From: Candidatus Berkiella sp. | Lineage (GTDB): Bacteria; Pseudomonadota; Gammaproteobacteria; Berkiellales; Berkiellaceae | Direction of reading: 5' to 3' | DNA length: 64,000 bases | NCBI GenBank assembly: GCA_050247135.1 | Contig: JBFWUT010000002.1 | Location: 61,850-125,849, forward strand | Part shown: positions 45,808-55,946 of the stretch, in pieces | Numbering within the stretch: position 1 is the stretch's first letter | Layout: each line of letters begins with the position of its first letter | Translations under genes and position numbers: made by a program | The notes under the pieces: generated by a model | What the model was told of the DNA's origin: nothing | What the model saw: the letters and a program-made list of their open reading frames with translations, nothing else | Database searches by the model: none

Positions 45808-46737
45808 ATGCCTAATCGAAAAAAGATCACTAAAAAATCTAAAGATAAAAAACCTGATAAAATGCGATCAGGTGATGTTCGCTCGATTTGGCGCGGCTAT
45901 ATCACTTTTGGATTAGTGAATATTCCTGTTGTGCTTTACTCAGCTGAAAAGCCACAACAGGAAATTCATTTTAAACTTCTTGATAAAAAAAACCATGCCG
46001 GTATCCGTTATGCCAGAATCAATGAGGAAACAGGCAAAGAAGTACCTTGGCATGACATTGTCAAAGGTTATGAATATGAACCGGGTAATTATGCAATATT
46101 AAATGCCGATGATCTTAATGAAATTGCCAGAGAGAACCTTAAAGCCATCGAAATAGAGGATTTTATTGATCTTGATGAATTGGAAACACTCTACTTTGAA
46201 AAACCCTATTATCTTCTACCTGATAAGCGGGGGGATAAAGGCTATGTACTACTAAGAGAAACATTAAAAAACACCAACAAAGTGGGGATCGCTCGCGTGA
46301 TGGTGCGCTCACATCAATATCTTGCCGCCGTGATGGCTCTAGACAATGCCATTATTATCAATACAATGCGATATCCTCAAGAGATCAAACAACCTTCAGA
46401 GCTAAATGTACCCGATGATGCTATCTCAAATTATAAAATTAGTAAAAAGGAATTTGATATCGCCAAGCAATTAGTCGAAACCATGACCGTTAAATGGGAT
46501 CCAAAACGCTATTCCAATGAATATCGAGAAGATCTCTTAAAACTTATCGATGAAAAAATTGCCTCTGGCGGCAAAAAGGCCGTTAAGCATATTGAAGAGA
46601 CCGATATAAAACAAACCAATGTGGTCGATTTCATGGAATTGCTCAAAAAAAGCGTTAAGTCTCGTCAATCGCCTAAAGCAGACAAACCTAAAAAAGGCAA
46701 AGGCAAGTCAACATCACCTAAATCTAAAAAGCATTGA
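45808..46737 (+). CDS. ku: Ku protein (non-homologous end joining)
   Basis: Ku core RSIWRGYITFGLVNIPVVLYSA...IRYARINEETGKEVPW. A K-rich C-terminal tail, typical of bacterial Ku. Confidence 0.85.
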   Translation: MPNRKKITKKSKDKKPDKMRSGDVRSIWRGYITFGLVNIPVVLYSAEKPQQEIHFKLLDKKNHAGIRYARINEETGKEVPWHDIVKGYEYEPGNYAILNADDLNEIARENLKAIEIEDFIDLDELETLYFEKPYYLLPDKRGDKGYVLLRETLKNTNKVGIARVMVRSHQYLAAVMALDNAIIINTMRYPQEIKQPSELNVPDDAISNYKISKKEFDIAKQLVETMTVKWDPKRYSNEYREDLLKLIDEKIASGGKKAVKHIEETDIKQTNVVDFMELLKKSVKSRQSPKADKPKKGKGKSTSPKSKKH

Positions 46738-49172
46738 GTCTTATTATGGGATCGCTTCATCAATATCAGCAAAAACGCAATTTTAAGCAAACTCATGAGC
46801 CAAAAGGCAAGAAGCAAGATAAATCAAATCATCATTTTGTTGTGCAGATGCATGCTGCACGTCACCTTCATTATGATTTCAGACTTGAACAAAATGGTGT
46901 CTTAAAAAGTTGGGCAGTTCCCAAGGGGCCTTCGCTTGATCCCTCCGTTAAACGTTTGGCCGTGCAAGTTGAAGATCATCCTGTCGAATATAAAGATTTT
47001 GAAGGCGTCATTCCACAAGGAGAATATGGTGGAGGCACAGTGATGATTTGGGATCAAGGAACCTGGGGTAAAATTGACGATGGTAAAGACCTCGAAACTG
47101 GGGCAATCACCTTTTCTCTTAAAGGCGAAAAACTGAAAGGGAAATGGAAACTGATACAAATAAAAACTGATCCTAAAAATTGGTTACTGATAAAAGCTAA
47201 AGATGATGAAGCTTGCCCTCAAGATAAATATGACATTGTTGAGGAAGAACCTTTCAGCGTGGTATCTGGCAGAACACTCACTGAAATCAAAGATGAAGAA
47301 AATGCTCTATGGCATGAAAAGAACAGTAAACCAAGAAAATATAATTTACCTAAATCGATTAAAAATGCTGTACCAAAGCGTCAACTGCCTAAGAAGTTCC
47401 CACCTCAGTTGGCTACTTTAGTGGAAAATCCTCCTAAAGGAGATGACTGGCTACATGAAATGAAATTTGATGGTTATAGACTCATTAGCGTAATTAATGA
47501 TGAAGTTAAACTAATAACACGTGGTCAACAAGATTGGACTGATAAATTTACTCAGCTTGCTGTTGCAATAGAGAAACTTAGATTGAATGACACCGTGTTA
47601 GATGGAGAGTTAGTGGCTCTTGATGAAAAAGGATTACCTAATTTTCAGCTTCTGCAAAAGGCTATCAAAGATAATTCCACGAATAAACTGGTTTATTACG
47701 TTTTTGATGTTATTTATTATCAGGGATATGATTTGTCGTCACTTCAACTTCAGCAGCGCAAAGCCATTTTAGAGAAAATCCTGCCTCATAACCACCCTCT
47801 TATTCGTTACAGCTCGCATATCAAAGGTCATGGCGAACGGGTGTTTAAAAGAGCCGCAAAGTTAGGTTTTGAAGGGATTGTTTCTAAAAATAGCCATAGC
47901 CACTATTCTCATCAGCGTAACAAAGATTGGCTAAAAACCAAAATTAACCAACGTCAGGAATTTGTGGTGGGCGGCTTCACTGCCCCTGAAGGCGAACGAG
48001 CTTATCTGGGTGCTCTACTGATTGGATATTATGGTGACAATAACAAATTACACTATTGTGGTCGTGTTGGCACTGGTTTCACTGATGATTCTTTGCATGC
48101 GCTTTATACCGCTCTGAAAAACATGACGATCAAAAAAAGCCCTTTTGCCAAGCCTGTGGATAAAAGTGACAATGTTACCTGGGTAAAACCTAATCTCATC
48201 ATCGAAGTTGAATTTAAAGAATGGACCGAGGATTATTTATTACGACACCCTAGTTTCAAAGGTGTGCGTAATGACAAAACGCCCAAACAAGTCTCAATAG
48301 AAGAAGTGCATTCATCAGTAAAATTAACTCATCCTGAAAAAATTCTTTATCCTAAAGATAACATTAGCAAACAACAACTGGCTGATTTTTATCATGTCAT
48401 TCATGAATGGATTTTGCCTCACATTATAAACAGGCCCATTAGTCTGTTGCGCTGCCCCAATGGCATTGATGACGCTTGTTTTTATCAAAAACATTTATCT
48501 AGCAAAGACCTAATAGATAATCTGAAAACTATCATTGTGCAAGAAAAGCATAAAAAGGAACCTTATATCTATCTTGAAAATATGGATGGACTTATTCAGT
48601 TAGTACAAATGGGAACTTTAGAAATCCATCCATGGTCATCTAGCATCGTCAATATTGAACGCCCTAATTATGTTACTTTTGATCTTGATCCTGCTGATGA
48701 CATTGCCTGGAAAGAAGTGGTGAAAGCTGCCTTTCAAATCAAGGATGAATTAGAAAATTTGGACTTAAGATCTTTTGTTAAAACCACGGGGGGCAAAGGA
48801 TTACATATTGTTGCTCCGATTGCACCCCGCTACAGTTGGGAGGAAGTTTCTCATTTTGCTAGAACTTTTGCTCAATTTGTTACTCTGAAATATCCTGATA
48901 AATACATCGACACGATGAGTAAAGTGAAAAGAAAGGGTAAGATATTTGTCGATTATCTAAGAAACCAGCGAGGTGCTACCGCAATAGCCGCTTATTCGAC
49001 TCGCGCTAGAACAGGCGCCCCTGTATCCACTCCACTTTCTTGGCAAGAGCTTTCTCCTAAAATGCATTCTGATCAATTCACTTTACATAATTTGCCAAAG
49101 CGTTTACATTCACTCTCCCAGGATCCTTGGGAAGATTACTTTAGACTTAAGCAAAAAATACCCACTGTATAG
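46734..49172 (+). CDS. ligD: multidomain ATP-dependent DNA ligase LigD (PE-Lig-Pol architecture)
   Basis: N-terminal 3'-phosphoesterase motif HYDFRLE. Ligase adenylation lysine EMKFDGYRL. C-terminal polymerase/primase motifs FDLDP and TTGGKGLHIV. 812 aa. The ATGA start overlaps ku. Confidence 0.85.
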   Translation: MSLIMGSLHQYQQKRNFKQTHEPKGKKQDKSNHHFVVQMHAARHLHYDFRLEQNGVLKSWAVPKGPSLDPSVKRLAVQVEDHPVEYKDFEGVIPQGEYGGGTVMIWDQGTWGKIDDGKDLETGAITFSLKGEKLKGKWKLIQIKTDPKNWLLIKAKDDEACPQDKYDIVEEEPFSVVSGRTLTEIKDEENALWHEKNSKPRKYNLPKSIKNAVPKRQLPKKFPPQLATLVENPPKGDDWLHEMKFDGYRLISVINDEVKLITRGQQDWTDKFTQLAVAIEKLRLNDTVLDGELVALDEKGLPNFQLLQKAIKDNSTNKLVYYVFDVIYYQGYDLSSLQLQQRKAILEKILPHNHPLIRYSSHIKGHGERVFKRAAKLGFEGIVSKNSHSHYSHQRNKDWLKTKINQRQEFVVGGFTAPEGERAYLGALLIGYYGDNNKLHYCGRVGTGFTDDSLHALYTALKNMTIKKSPFAKPVDKSDNVTWVKPNLIIEVEFKEWTEDYLLRHPSFKGVRNDKTPKQVSIEEVHSSVKLTHPEKILYPKDNISKQQLADFYHVIHEWILPHIINRPISLLRCPNGIDDACFYQKHLSSKDLIDNLKTIIVQEKHKKEPYIYLENMDGLIQLVQMGTLEIHPWSSSIVNIERPNYVTFDLDPADDIAWKEVVKAAFQIKDELENLDLRSFVKTTGGKGLHIVAPIAPRYSWEEVSHFARTFAQFVTLKYPDKYIDTMSKVKRKGKIFVDYLRNQRGATAIAAYSTRARTGAPVSTPLSWQELSPKMHSDQFTLHNLPKRLHSLSQDPWEDYFRLKQKIPTV

Positions 49173-49220
49173 GAAACCTTAAACTAGTATGCTATAGTTT
49201 GGCTTTGCTATTTATTTTTA

Positions 49221-49583
49221 TTGTATATTATGAGCAGTACTGGACCTCAATCTCTCACCGATATTTTAATCGAATGTATTAATCAAGGCTTCACCAACGA
49301 GGCGCTGTTCGCCATCGAACTCCTCAAGTGCGCTATTGATGATGTCAGTTTTTCTGATTTAAACAATATCAATACTTTACTTGACGATCCACGACATGCG
49401 GCATTACAAAATTCGTTTCTTCCTGTATTTGAAAAAGAAGCGCGCAAACATCGTCAACCTCTTGTCCCGCGCCGCTCTCCGCCTTTGCCACCTACGAGAG
49501 CTTTGTCAGATTTAGAAAAACTGCAAGCTCAGTGCCAGCAGTCTATTCATATTGATTTCAGTCATTATAGAGGCCCTTCTTAG
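49221..49583 (+). CDS. hypothetical protein (120 aa)
   Basis: ORF only. Pro-rich C-terminal half (VPRRSPPLPPTR). Confidence 0.35.
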   Translation: MYIMSSTGPQSLTDILIECINQGFTNEALFAIELLKCAIDDVSFSDLNNINTLLDDPRHAALQNSFLPVFEKEARKHRQPLVPRRSPPLPPTRALSDLEKLQAQCQQSIHIDFSHYRGPS

Positions 49584-49707
49584 CACTTCTGATCGAATTT
49601 CTAGCCTTGCTTAGTCGTGCATTTTTTGGTATTGCTGTTACTATCCACTTTAAAAAATATTTAATGTTAAGAAATAGTGGAATAGCTCTTGCCATGGAGG
49701 CAACCTC

Positions 49708-51096
49708 ATGTTGACACAATTCCACCCATTCCCCGAGTTGAGTACCGAATTAAAACTAAGGATAATCGAAGAATTGGTTTCTGATATCGATTTTCCCAAA
49801 TCATTGCTGTCCTTTAGTTTGACATCACAACATCAGCGTGTGCTTGCTCATGATTGGAGCCTTTGGCGTTTAGCCATCGAGCGCTTTTTCCCTGCCGTGC
49901 CAACCTATAAAAAAGCCGCTTATCTAAATGATTCGTTTGCTTTGTTTCAATCCCTTTTCCGGACGCTTCAACCTCTTTTGGTGGCGCACCACTTAACATT
50001 TTCTGATTTCATCAAAGTGGTTATTGAACAACAAGCGATACTTGATGAACGCCAGCTTGAGGTGATACTCGGCTTATTACTGGCAGCAGGACACCCCCTT
50101 TTAAAAGGAACAACGCTCAATCCTACTATTGCTGAACATGCCTTATTATTTGCCACTGTCTTAGGTAACAGCGAATTAGTGGATACGCTACTGTCAGAGC
50201 GTAAATTTCACATCTGTAAAACCGTTGTGTGCCAAGCTTTATTGGATGCCGCCAGATTAAATCACCCATTTATCTTAGGCTCGCTGTTAACCAACATGAA
50301 TCATCTGTTAGATGGTACAACCTTACGCAATGCATTAACCTCTGCTGCCTCAAAAGGCCACACTCGAATTGTTGCCCAATTCTTACAACACCCTTTCTTA
50401 AGAGTGGTCTCTTTTACCCTTAAAAAAGTCGTGCATATCGCTATTTTACATGGTTACCCTGATATCTTGTCTTTAATTCTGCGTGGCGACGATACTCACC
50501 GCTATGCTTGTGACATTCGTACTGGGGCGATAGAAGCCGCGCAAAACGGCTCCGTTGCTGGCATCGAAAAAGCTTTTCAATTAGCTAGCGCCCAATTTGA
50601 TGATGTGACCATTCGCAAACTACTTAAGGTAGCAGCTCAGCGAGGTAACCTTGTTTTAACCCAGTTGTTTGTTGCAACACCCGCCGTGTTGCGTCACCCC
50701 AATGCTCTATTAGAATCCTTGCAATTAGCGTTACATGAGGGGCACGAGAGTACTGCTTTATTATTGTTACAATCAGGAAGAGCCATATTAAAGCCGTTCG
50801 TTAAACGTGAGCTTTATTTAGAAGCCGTAAAAAAAGGCTTTAATTCTTTAATTGACGAACTCAACGACCATGGTCATCTCAAAGTCGATGGTTCCTTTTA
50901 TCAAACAGCTGTTAACCTTGCCAAAATTTATGATAAAGAAGACACTATCGAACATTTAACAGCTGCGATGTCGCAATTGACTGTCGAAGAAGTGTCCAGG
51001 CCCATTACGCCATCATTTGCAAGACATTCATCGCCCTATCGTTCTCAATCTCTGGCTGATACTACTCAGGATTGTCGTCGAGGATTCGTCTTATGA
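49708..51096 (+). CDS. F-box domain plus degenerate ankyrin-repeat protein (eukaryotic-like, AnkB/LegU-type effector candidate)
   Basis: The N-terminus FPELSTELKLRIIEELVSDIDFPKSLLSFSLTSQHQRVLAHDWSLWR fits the F-box pattern (LP.E....I...L....L.....VC..W..L..D..LW). At least 6 ankyrin-like helix-turn-helix repeats follow (ALLDAARLNHPFILGSLL, LTSAASKGHTRIVAQFLQH, HIAILHGYPDILSLILRG...). Confidence 0.6.
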   Translation: MLTQFHPFPELSTELKLRIIEELVSDIDFPKSLLSFSLTSQHQRVLAHDWSLWRLAIERFFPAVPTYKKAAYLNDSFALFQSLFRTLQPLLVAHHLTFSDFIKVVIEQQAILDERQLEVILGLLLAAGHPLLKGTTLNPTIAEHALLFATVLGNSELVDTLLSERKFHICKTVVCQALLDAARLNHPFILGSLLTNMNHLLDGTTLRNALTSAASKGHTRIVAQFLQHPFLRVVSFTLKKVVHIAILHGYPDILSLILRGDDTHRYACDIRTGAIEAAQNGSVAGIEKAFQLASAQFDDVTIRKLLKVAAQRGNLVLTQLFVATPAVLRHPNALLESLQLALHEGHESTALLLLQSGRAILKPFVKRELYLEAVKKGFNSLIDELNDHGHLKVDGSFYQTAVNLAKIYDKEDTIEHLTAAMSQLTVEEVSRPITPSFARHSSPYRSQSLADTTQDCRRGFVL

Positions 51097-51824
51097 TTTT
51101 GCTCGGGGGTATCTAAAGGCACCATAATAAAAGAGAGTATCATCTCATCAATTTCTTTGGCCAAGGCCTGCTTTTCTTTGAGTGCTAGACGTTCATTGTA
51201 TCGCTGCAAGCTGATAGCACTTCTTTCTTCATTTCTTGCGAGCCGTTCATCTCTTTCTAACGCTAATTGAATTGGCGTCTTTTGTGAAACATTCTGTAAG
51301 TTTTTGCGACATTCAACCACATCTTTGAGTAATTGTAGAGAGAACTCACCACACTCATCTGGATTACGTCGCTCTTGTGCACGCTGGGCTAAGAAGTTTC
51401 TTCTTTTGCTCTCTGCTGATTCAATTCCTGCTAAGCGGCTTTGTAACATTGGCGTAAATTGCTCAGAGCTCGTTTCAGGCAACGCATCTTTGATTGCCGC
51501 TAATGCATCCGATAAGGCTTGGTGATGGCTACTGGTTGAACTGGGAGAAACGGCAACCGATCTGACGGGCGTAGCTGGCGGTGCTTTAGGAGTGACAGCA
51601 GGTGGTGGTGGCGGTGGTGGCATGGGTGCAGGTTGATGTTTAACTTCTATCTTTGGCGATTTTTGTTGTTCGCTCTGATTTTTGATTTGCTTTAACAGTG
51701 CAAGGCAGGCTTGCAACAATTCCAAATCTAATTGTTCAACATTACCTTCTGCAATTTCACGTGCATAGCGAATTAAGGTTTGCGTTAATACCTCTACTTT
51801 GCGCTCAGCTCCAGTGATGGCCAT
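51066..51824 (-). CDS. hypothetical protein with poly-proline tract (252 aa), effector-like
   Basis: PAPMPPPPPPPAVTPKAPPATP, plus coiled-coil segments. Confidence 0.45.
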   Translation of the reverse strand: MAITGAERKVEVLTQTLIRYAREIAEGNVEQLDLELLQACLALLKQIKNQSEQQKSPKIEVKHQPAPMPPPPPPPAVTPKAPPATPVRSVAVSPSSTSSHHQALSDALAAIKDALPETSSEQFTPMLQSRLAGIESAESKRRNFLAQRAQERRNPDECGEFSLQLLKDVVECRKNLQNVSQKTPIQLALERDERLARNEERSAISLQRYNERLALKEKQALAKEIDEMILSFIMVPLDTPEQNHKTNPRRQS

Positions 51825-51938
51825 GCTGTTCCCTTTTTCTTTTTATAGGAGTGTATCAAAGTAGGTCACACTTACTCTCAATAAGCAATCTGATTATACA
51901 TTCAGCATAAATTAGCAAGTTATCTTAAATACCCAGTG

Positions 51939-52265
51939 TTAGCGACGGTGCCCTCTTGCGCCTGTGCCTCTATCACCCCGCCCTTCTAGAGCATTGTCTC
52001 GGTTAAAAGCGCCTTCACTCGCATTGCCTGTGCCCGCTTCACCATTGTGAGGTAAGTAGTTGCGAGCTTCGGAAGGCACAATATGTCTTTGTCCATCACC
52101 AGCAGGATAGCCATCAACAGGAACGACTACAGTTCCATCGGTATTACCTTCAAAATGACCTGGCACATACGTACCATCGGGATTAGTATGGGAAGGGATC
52201 CAAGCGCCAGCTGCAAAACCGATTTGCGGGATAACGATAGCCATCATTAATAATGCCGCCTTCAT
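51939..52265 (-). CDS. small secreted Gly/Asp-rich protein
   Basis: Signal peptide MKAALLMMAIVIPQIGFAAGA. 108 aa. Confidence 0.4.
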   Translation of the reverse strand: MKAALLMMAIVIPQIGFAAGAWIPSHTNPDGTYVPGHFEGNTDGTVVVPVDGYPAGDGQRHIVPSEARNYLPHNGEAGTGNASEGAFNRDNALEGRGDRGTGARGHRR

Positions 52266-52363
52266 GGTATATCTCCTTTGAATGAATATAAATCAGATAT
52301 ACGACACTGATGGTTTTTAAAAAGTTCAATTCCCTATATTCACCCCCATTTTTATACAGCCTG

Positions 52364-53023
52364 CTAAAACAACCCTATCCTTTTGCGCCTTGATTTCTTA
52401 TATTCTGCGACCAAAGATTCAGCATTAATATTCCATTGGTTTTCTTTCGCTTCAAACAAAAAGTGCTGCATTAAATGATCATCAGAGCATATCATGTGTA
52501 GCACGCGTAGTCCCTCTTGAGATAAATGTTCATGATCATATTCATGCAAATTAAAAGAAATATAAGCACTTTGCGCAGATGAGGTAACACAGATAGGCTT
52601 TTGTTTAGCAACACCAATTTCTTCTAAAATATAACAAGCGGCCAACGGACAGATTTCATGAGCAATCTTAATTAATTCTGCTCTTAAGCTGCTACCTGGC
52701 GCATTGAAGGCATTCCCTATTTTTTCAGCCCATACGGAACCGACTACCGTATTGATGACCAAATTAAAGGGTGAACGTAATTTCTCACAAAAGACAAGCA
52801 AATCTTTTTTTAGATCAAGTAAAGAGCATCCTTGTCTTAATCGAATACTGAGTTCCTGATAAAAGTTCACCGCTTCCTCTTGCCAGCCATCTTTTTGCAG
52901 ACGGTTCGCATCGGTTACATACCCATCCAACACTTGGGTAATCCGGCGGTAAAATTGCTCAAAATGAGTGACTCGTAATAGAACATATTCTTGAGAAGAA
53001 GAACTGGATTGATGCAGACTCAT
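52364..53023 (-). CDS. hypothetical protein (219 aa)
   Basis: ORF only. Basic C-terminal tail KKSRRKRIGLF. Confidence 0.4.
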   Translation of the reverse strand: MSLHQSSSSSQEYVLLRVTHFEQFYRRITQVLDGYVTDANRLQKDGWQEEAVNFYQELSIRLRQGCSLLDLKKDLLVFCEKLRSPFNLVINTVVGSVWAEKIGNAFNAPGSSLRAELIKIAHEICPLAACYILEEIGVAKQKPICVTSSAQSAYISFNLHEYDHEHLSQEGLRVLHMICSDDHLMQHFLFEAKENQWNINAESLVAEYKKSRRKRIGLF

Positions 53024-53093
53024 AGTGTAACTATCTTTAGGATGAGGAGATCAATTTTAAGCAAATGAATAGAGTCTAGGCAAGTTTTAAAAT

Positions 53094-54641
53094 TTATTTT
53101 AGCTTAGTGCTAGTTGGCAGCGCCGGCATTACAGGAGCAACGACACCAGAAGCATCCGTTGCACTAGCACCACCGCCTGTGGACTTTCTTTTGGCAACAC
53201 CATAGGCCACCTCACTGTGCATAGAGCGGGTTTCGCGGATGTCCAAATCGGCTCTGTGTTTAGGTGTCACACTTTGATTATCCGGCGCCAGCGATTCTTG
53301 CGCCGGCGCTTCTTTGTTAATATCCCATCCTTGTTTAATCGCAAGATTTCTGGCAACAGCTAACTCTATGACCATGGTAACAACTTCAGCTCCACTACCT
53401 AAATTTTCTTCAATATCCTCGCCGCTTTTTACTTTTTCCATATGGTCTTTTTCTAAGATTGGACCTAATTCGATAAATCTATCGATTTTCTCGCTCTTTT
53501 GAGGGCCGGTAGGTGTTTCTTCACTTGTTTTTGGTGAGGCGGCTTTGCGCGCGGGTTGGGGTTGCTGTAGTTGTGCTAATGACTGCTCTTGTTCAGGTAT
53601 TGCAATGTTGGGTTGATGCTGTTGATTTTTTGCATGATGCCCCTGAGAGTGAATGGGCCCCACGTGGTGTTGGATCTCACCCTTTAGCACTTTTTGCACA
53701 TGACCAATTTCATGTTTTAGATGGTTCATATTCTTCTCTAAGCGCCCTATCGCCTTCTGCAGATTTCTCACATCATGTACTTTAGCATAAGGCGACATAT
53801 TCCCTAATACCTTTTTTAGCATACCTTTTTCAACTTCTACTTTGTTTAATTGGCTTCTAAGATTTGCTTCATATTTTTGCATCTCTTGGCGGCTTGGATG
53901 CTGCCTTGCCAACATTTGATTATTTTGTTGAAGTTCTGGTTTAGGCTCAGGCTCTGATTGCGGTTTTGATTCCTTTTGCTGAACACGCTGATTCGCTGAG
54001 GCTTCACACTTGTCTAAAATCACATCTACCGTCTGAGTGATTTGTTCTTTTTTATCAACAATTTTTTGTTCGAGCGCGGCTAGTTTTTCTTCCTTAACAC
54101 TAATTTGCTTATCAAGATAACCTGTTCGTTTTTTATTTTCTTGATTCTCTTCTCGATTTTCTTTTAATTGCGCAACCTCGCCGCTCAATTTTGCATGTTT
54201 TGCTTCTAATCGTTGTAAAGCATCTGTTTGCGGTTTGAGATCGCTGTAATCACGACGAATTTCTGCCACAATAGCTGCCTTCATGGCATTCTCACACCCT
54301 TCTTTACATCTTTCTTCAACTTTGACTGCGGCATCTAATCTATCATCAGCTTCTTCTTTAGCGAGTCTGGCTTGCGAATATTGGTATCGGGTATCATCAG
54401 AAGGGGATTCTTTATACAGCCTTCTTGCCTCTTCCAGATCTTTTGTTCTTGCCTCGACTTCAATCTGTGCACCGGTGGATTCTTCTTGAGCTTCTGCAAA
54501 ATCTTCTTCTGCTTCGGCTAAAGCTTCGCTCGCTGCGATAAATAGGCTTTCCAATTCCTCTTGGCTGACTTCTATTTGTTCATCATTTAAATCCGTTAAG
54601 TCATTTGAGTTTGCGGTTGGTTCATTTTTTATGTTAGGCAT
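53094..54641 (-). CDS. hypothetical acidic coiled-coil protein (515 aa), effector-like
   Basis: Long heptad-rich E/K/Q sequence. No catalytic motif. Confidence 0.45.
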   Translation of the reverse strand: MPNIKNEPTANSNDLTDLNDEQIEVSQEELESLFIAASEALAEAEEDFAEAQEESTGAQIEVEARTKDLEEARRLYKESPSDDTRYQYSQARLAKEEADDRLDAAVKVEERCKEGCENAMKAAIVAEIRRDYSDLKPQTDALQRLEAKHAKLSGEVAQLKENREENQENKKRTGYLDKQISVKEEKLAALEQKIVDKKEQITQTVDVILDKCEASANQRVQQKESKPQSEPEPKPELQQNNQMLARQHPSRQEMQKYEANLRSQLNKVEVEKGMLKKVLGNMSPYAKVHDVRNLQKAIGRLEKNMNHLKHEIGHVQKVLKGEIQHHVGPIHSQGHHAKNQQHQPNIAIPEQEQSLAQLQQPQPARKAASPKTSEETPTGPQKSEKIDRFIELGPILEKDHMEKVKSGEDIEENLGSGAEVVTMVIELAVARNLAIKQGWDINKEAPAQESLAPDNQSVTPKHRADLDIRETRSMHSEVAYGVAKRKSTGGGASATDASGVVAPVMPALPTSTKLK

Positions 54642-54710
54642 AGTTTTGAGCCTTTAAAAAAACGAACTCCCGCGCTAAATGAAACACGGGAGATCTTTGT
54701 GACCTTATCA

Positions 54711-55643
54711 TTACATTTTTAATTTATTTTTATCATCTTTATCCGCTTCTGGTTTTGGCCCACCTTTTTCAAGATCGGATTCTTGGCCTTTACCAGCATC
54801 TTTTCGTCTTGATTGCGTCGGCGAAGATTCCATGGTTTTAGAAGGACCATCGTCTTTGTTGTCTTTTTTATCTTTCGAATTCACACCACTGCCTGCTGAT
54901 CCCTGGGGTCCAATCTGCGGCGCATTTTCACGCGTTAAGATAGGCCGTGCCTCAGTTATCATACCCTTAGCCTCTTGCATTGCTTCCTTGGCACCTTGCC
55001 TTGCTTCTTTCATACCCTCTTTGGTGACATCACCCAGCGTTTGTCCAAAATCTTGTCCACTCCCACCGCCTTTTTGCTGTGGCCCCGAAGCGGCACCACC
55101 GCCACTATTTTGAATGTTGATATTGGTTGTATTGTTATTGGTGTTCGTGTTCTTGTTTCCGGCATCTTGTTTAGCGGATTTTTCACCTCCCTCTGGCTTG
55201 CCGTCCCCCGCTTTAGGCTTATCGCCACCTGGCATCCCGCCACCCGGCCCTTTCATAGCATCTTGAGGACCACCGCCTGCGCCACCACCAGATCCTTTTT
55301 TCATCGCATCTTGTGGACCACCTCCTGCGCCACCGGGGCCTTTCATCGCATCTTGCGGACCACCACCTGCGCCACCGGGACCTTTTTTCATCGCATCTTG
55401 CGGACCACCGCCTGCACCACCTGGGCCTTTCATGGCATCTTGGGGGCCGCCCCCTGCGCCGCCGCCAGGGCCTTTCATCGCTTGCTGAGGTCCACCGCCA
55501 ACATCAGGTTTGTTCTCCATCATCTTTTTAGGATCACCCTGCTTAGCAGCTTCTTGTGGTTTTTGTTCCGGCTTTTTTTCCTGTGGTTTTTCTTTATCAT
55601 CATCGGGCTTTTTGCCGCCCATACCCGGACCTTTCATACCCAT
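54711..55643 (-). CDS. glycine-rich tandem-repeat protein, (GPQDAMK(K)GPGGAGG)n
   Basis: About 6 near-identical 15 aa repeats, encoded by a ~45 nt tandem DNA repeat at about 55238-55493. K/E-rich ends. Probably intrinsically disordered. Confidence 0.5.
   Translation of the reverse strand: MGMKGPGMGGKKPDDDKEKPQEKKPEQKPQEAAKQGDPKKMMENKPDVGGGPQQAMKGPGGGAGGGPQDAMKGPGGAGGGPQDAMKKGPGGAGGGPQDAMKGPGGAGGGPQDAMKKGSGGGAGGGPQDAMKGPGGGMPGGDKPKAGDGKPEGGEKSAKQDAGNKNTNTNNNTTNINIQNSGGGAASGPQQKGGGSGQDFGQTLGDVTKEGMKEARQGAKEAMQEAKGMITEARPILTRENAPQIGPQGSAGSGVNSKDKKDNKDDGPSKTMESSPTQSRRKDAGKGQESDLEKGGPKPEADKDDKNKLKM
55238..55493. repeat. ~45 nt tandem repeat (about 6 units) inside the Gly-rich protein gene
   Basis: Repeated CATCGCATCTTGCGGACCACCGCCTGCGCCACCGGGGCCTTT-like units are visible on the plus strand. 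Confidence 0.6.
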
Positions 55644-55946
55644 CGCAAACCTCCAGCAAATACACGAAGTTGTATAACTTACATCTTTCTACTTTACCTA
55701 CGAGCGGCTAGTTTTATCAATAGTTTCGAGGCGACCTAGGATGAACCACCTCGCTGTTTTTTACCCTCAAACACTGCAAAAAGCACAGCCCAAATTGAGA
55801 GCTGATTATTTATGCACTGGATAAATGATTTTTTGACAAAGTTTACAAATGTTGTAAATTTGTAAATATAAGGTTTGTGAATGAAATGCTGTATCACACG
55901 CTAATGAACGAATGAAACTGTATAAATTGATTCTAAGGGCATTATT

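Noticed and set aside
49173-49220. Weak hairpin AAACTA-gtatgcta-TAGTTT after ligD as a terminator
   Set aside because: The stem is AT-only and 6 bp with no T-tract, so it is not convincing.
22150-53023. Shared basic-plus-LF C-terminal tails (RRRLFFGYE, VRKKLF, SRRKRIGLF) as a common secretion signal
   Set aside because: Only three short, loosely similar tails. That is too weak to call a motif without a genome-wide statistic.
54832-55739. 93 and 254 aa plus-strand ORFs plus others overlapping the Gly-repeat gene
   Set aside because: They are generated by the GC-rich tandem repeat read antisense. The minus-strand Gly-rich frame has the coherent repeat structure and an upstream start context.
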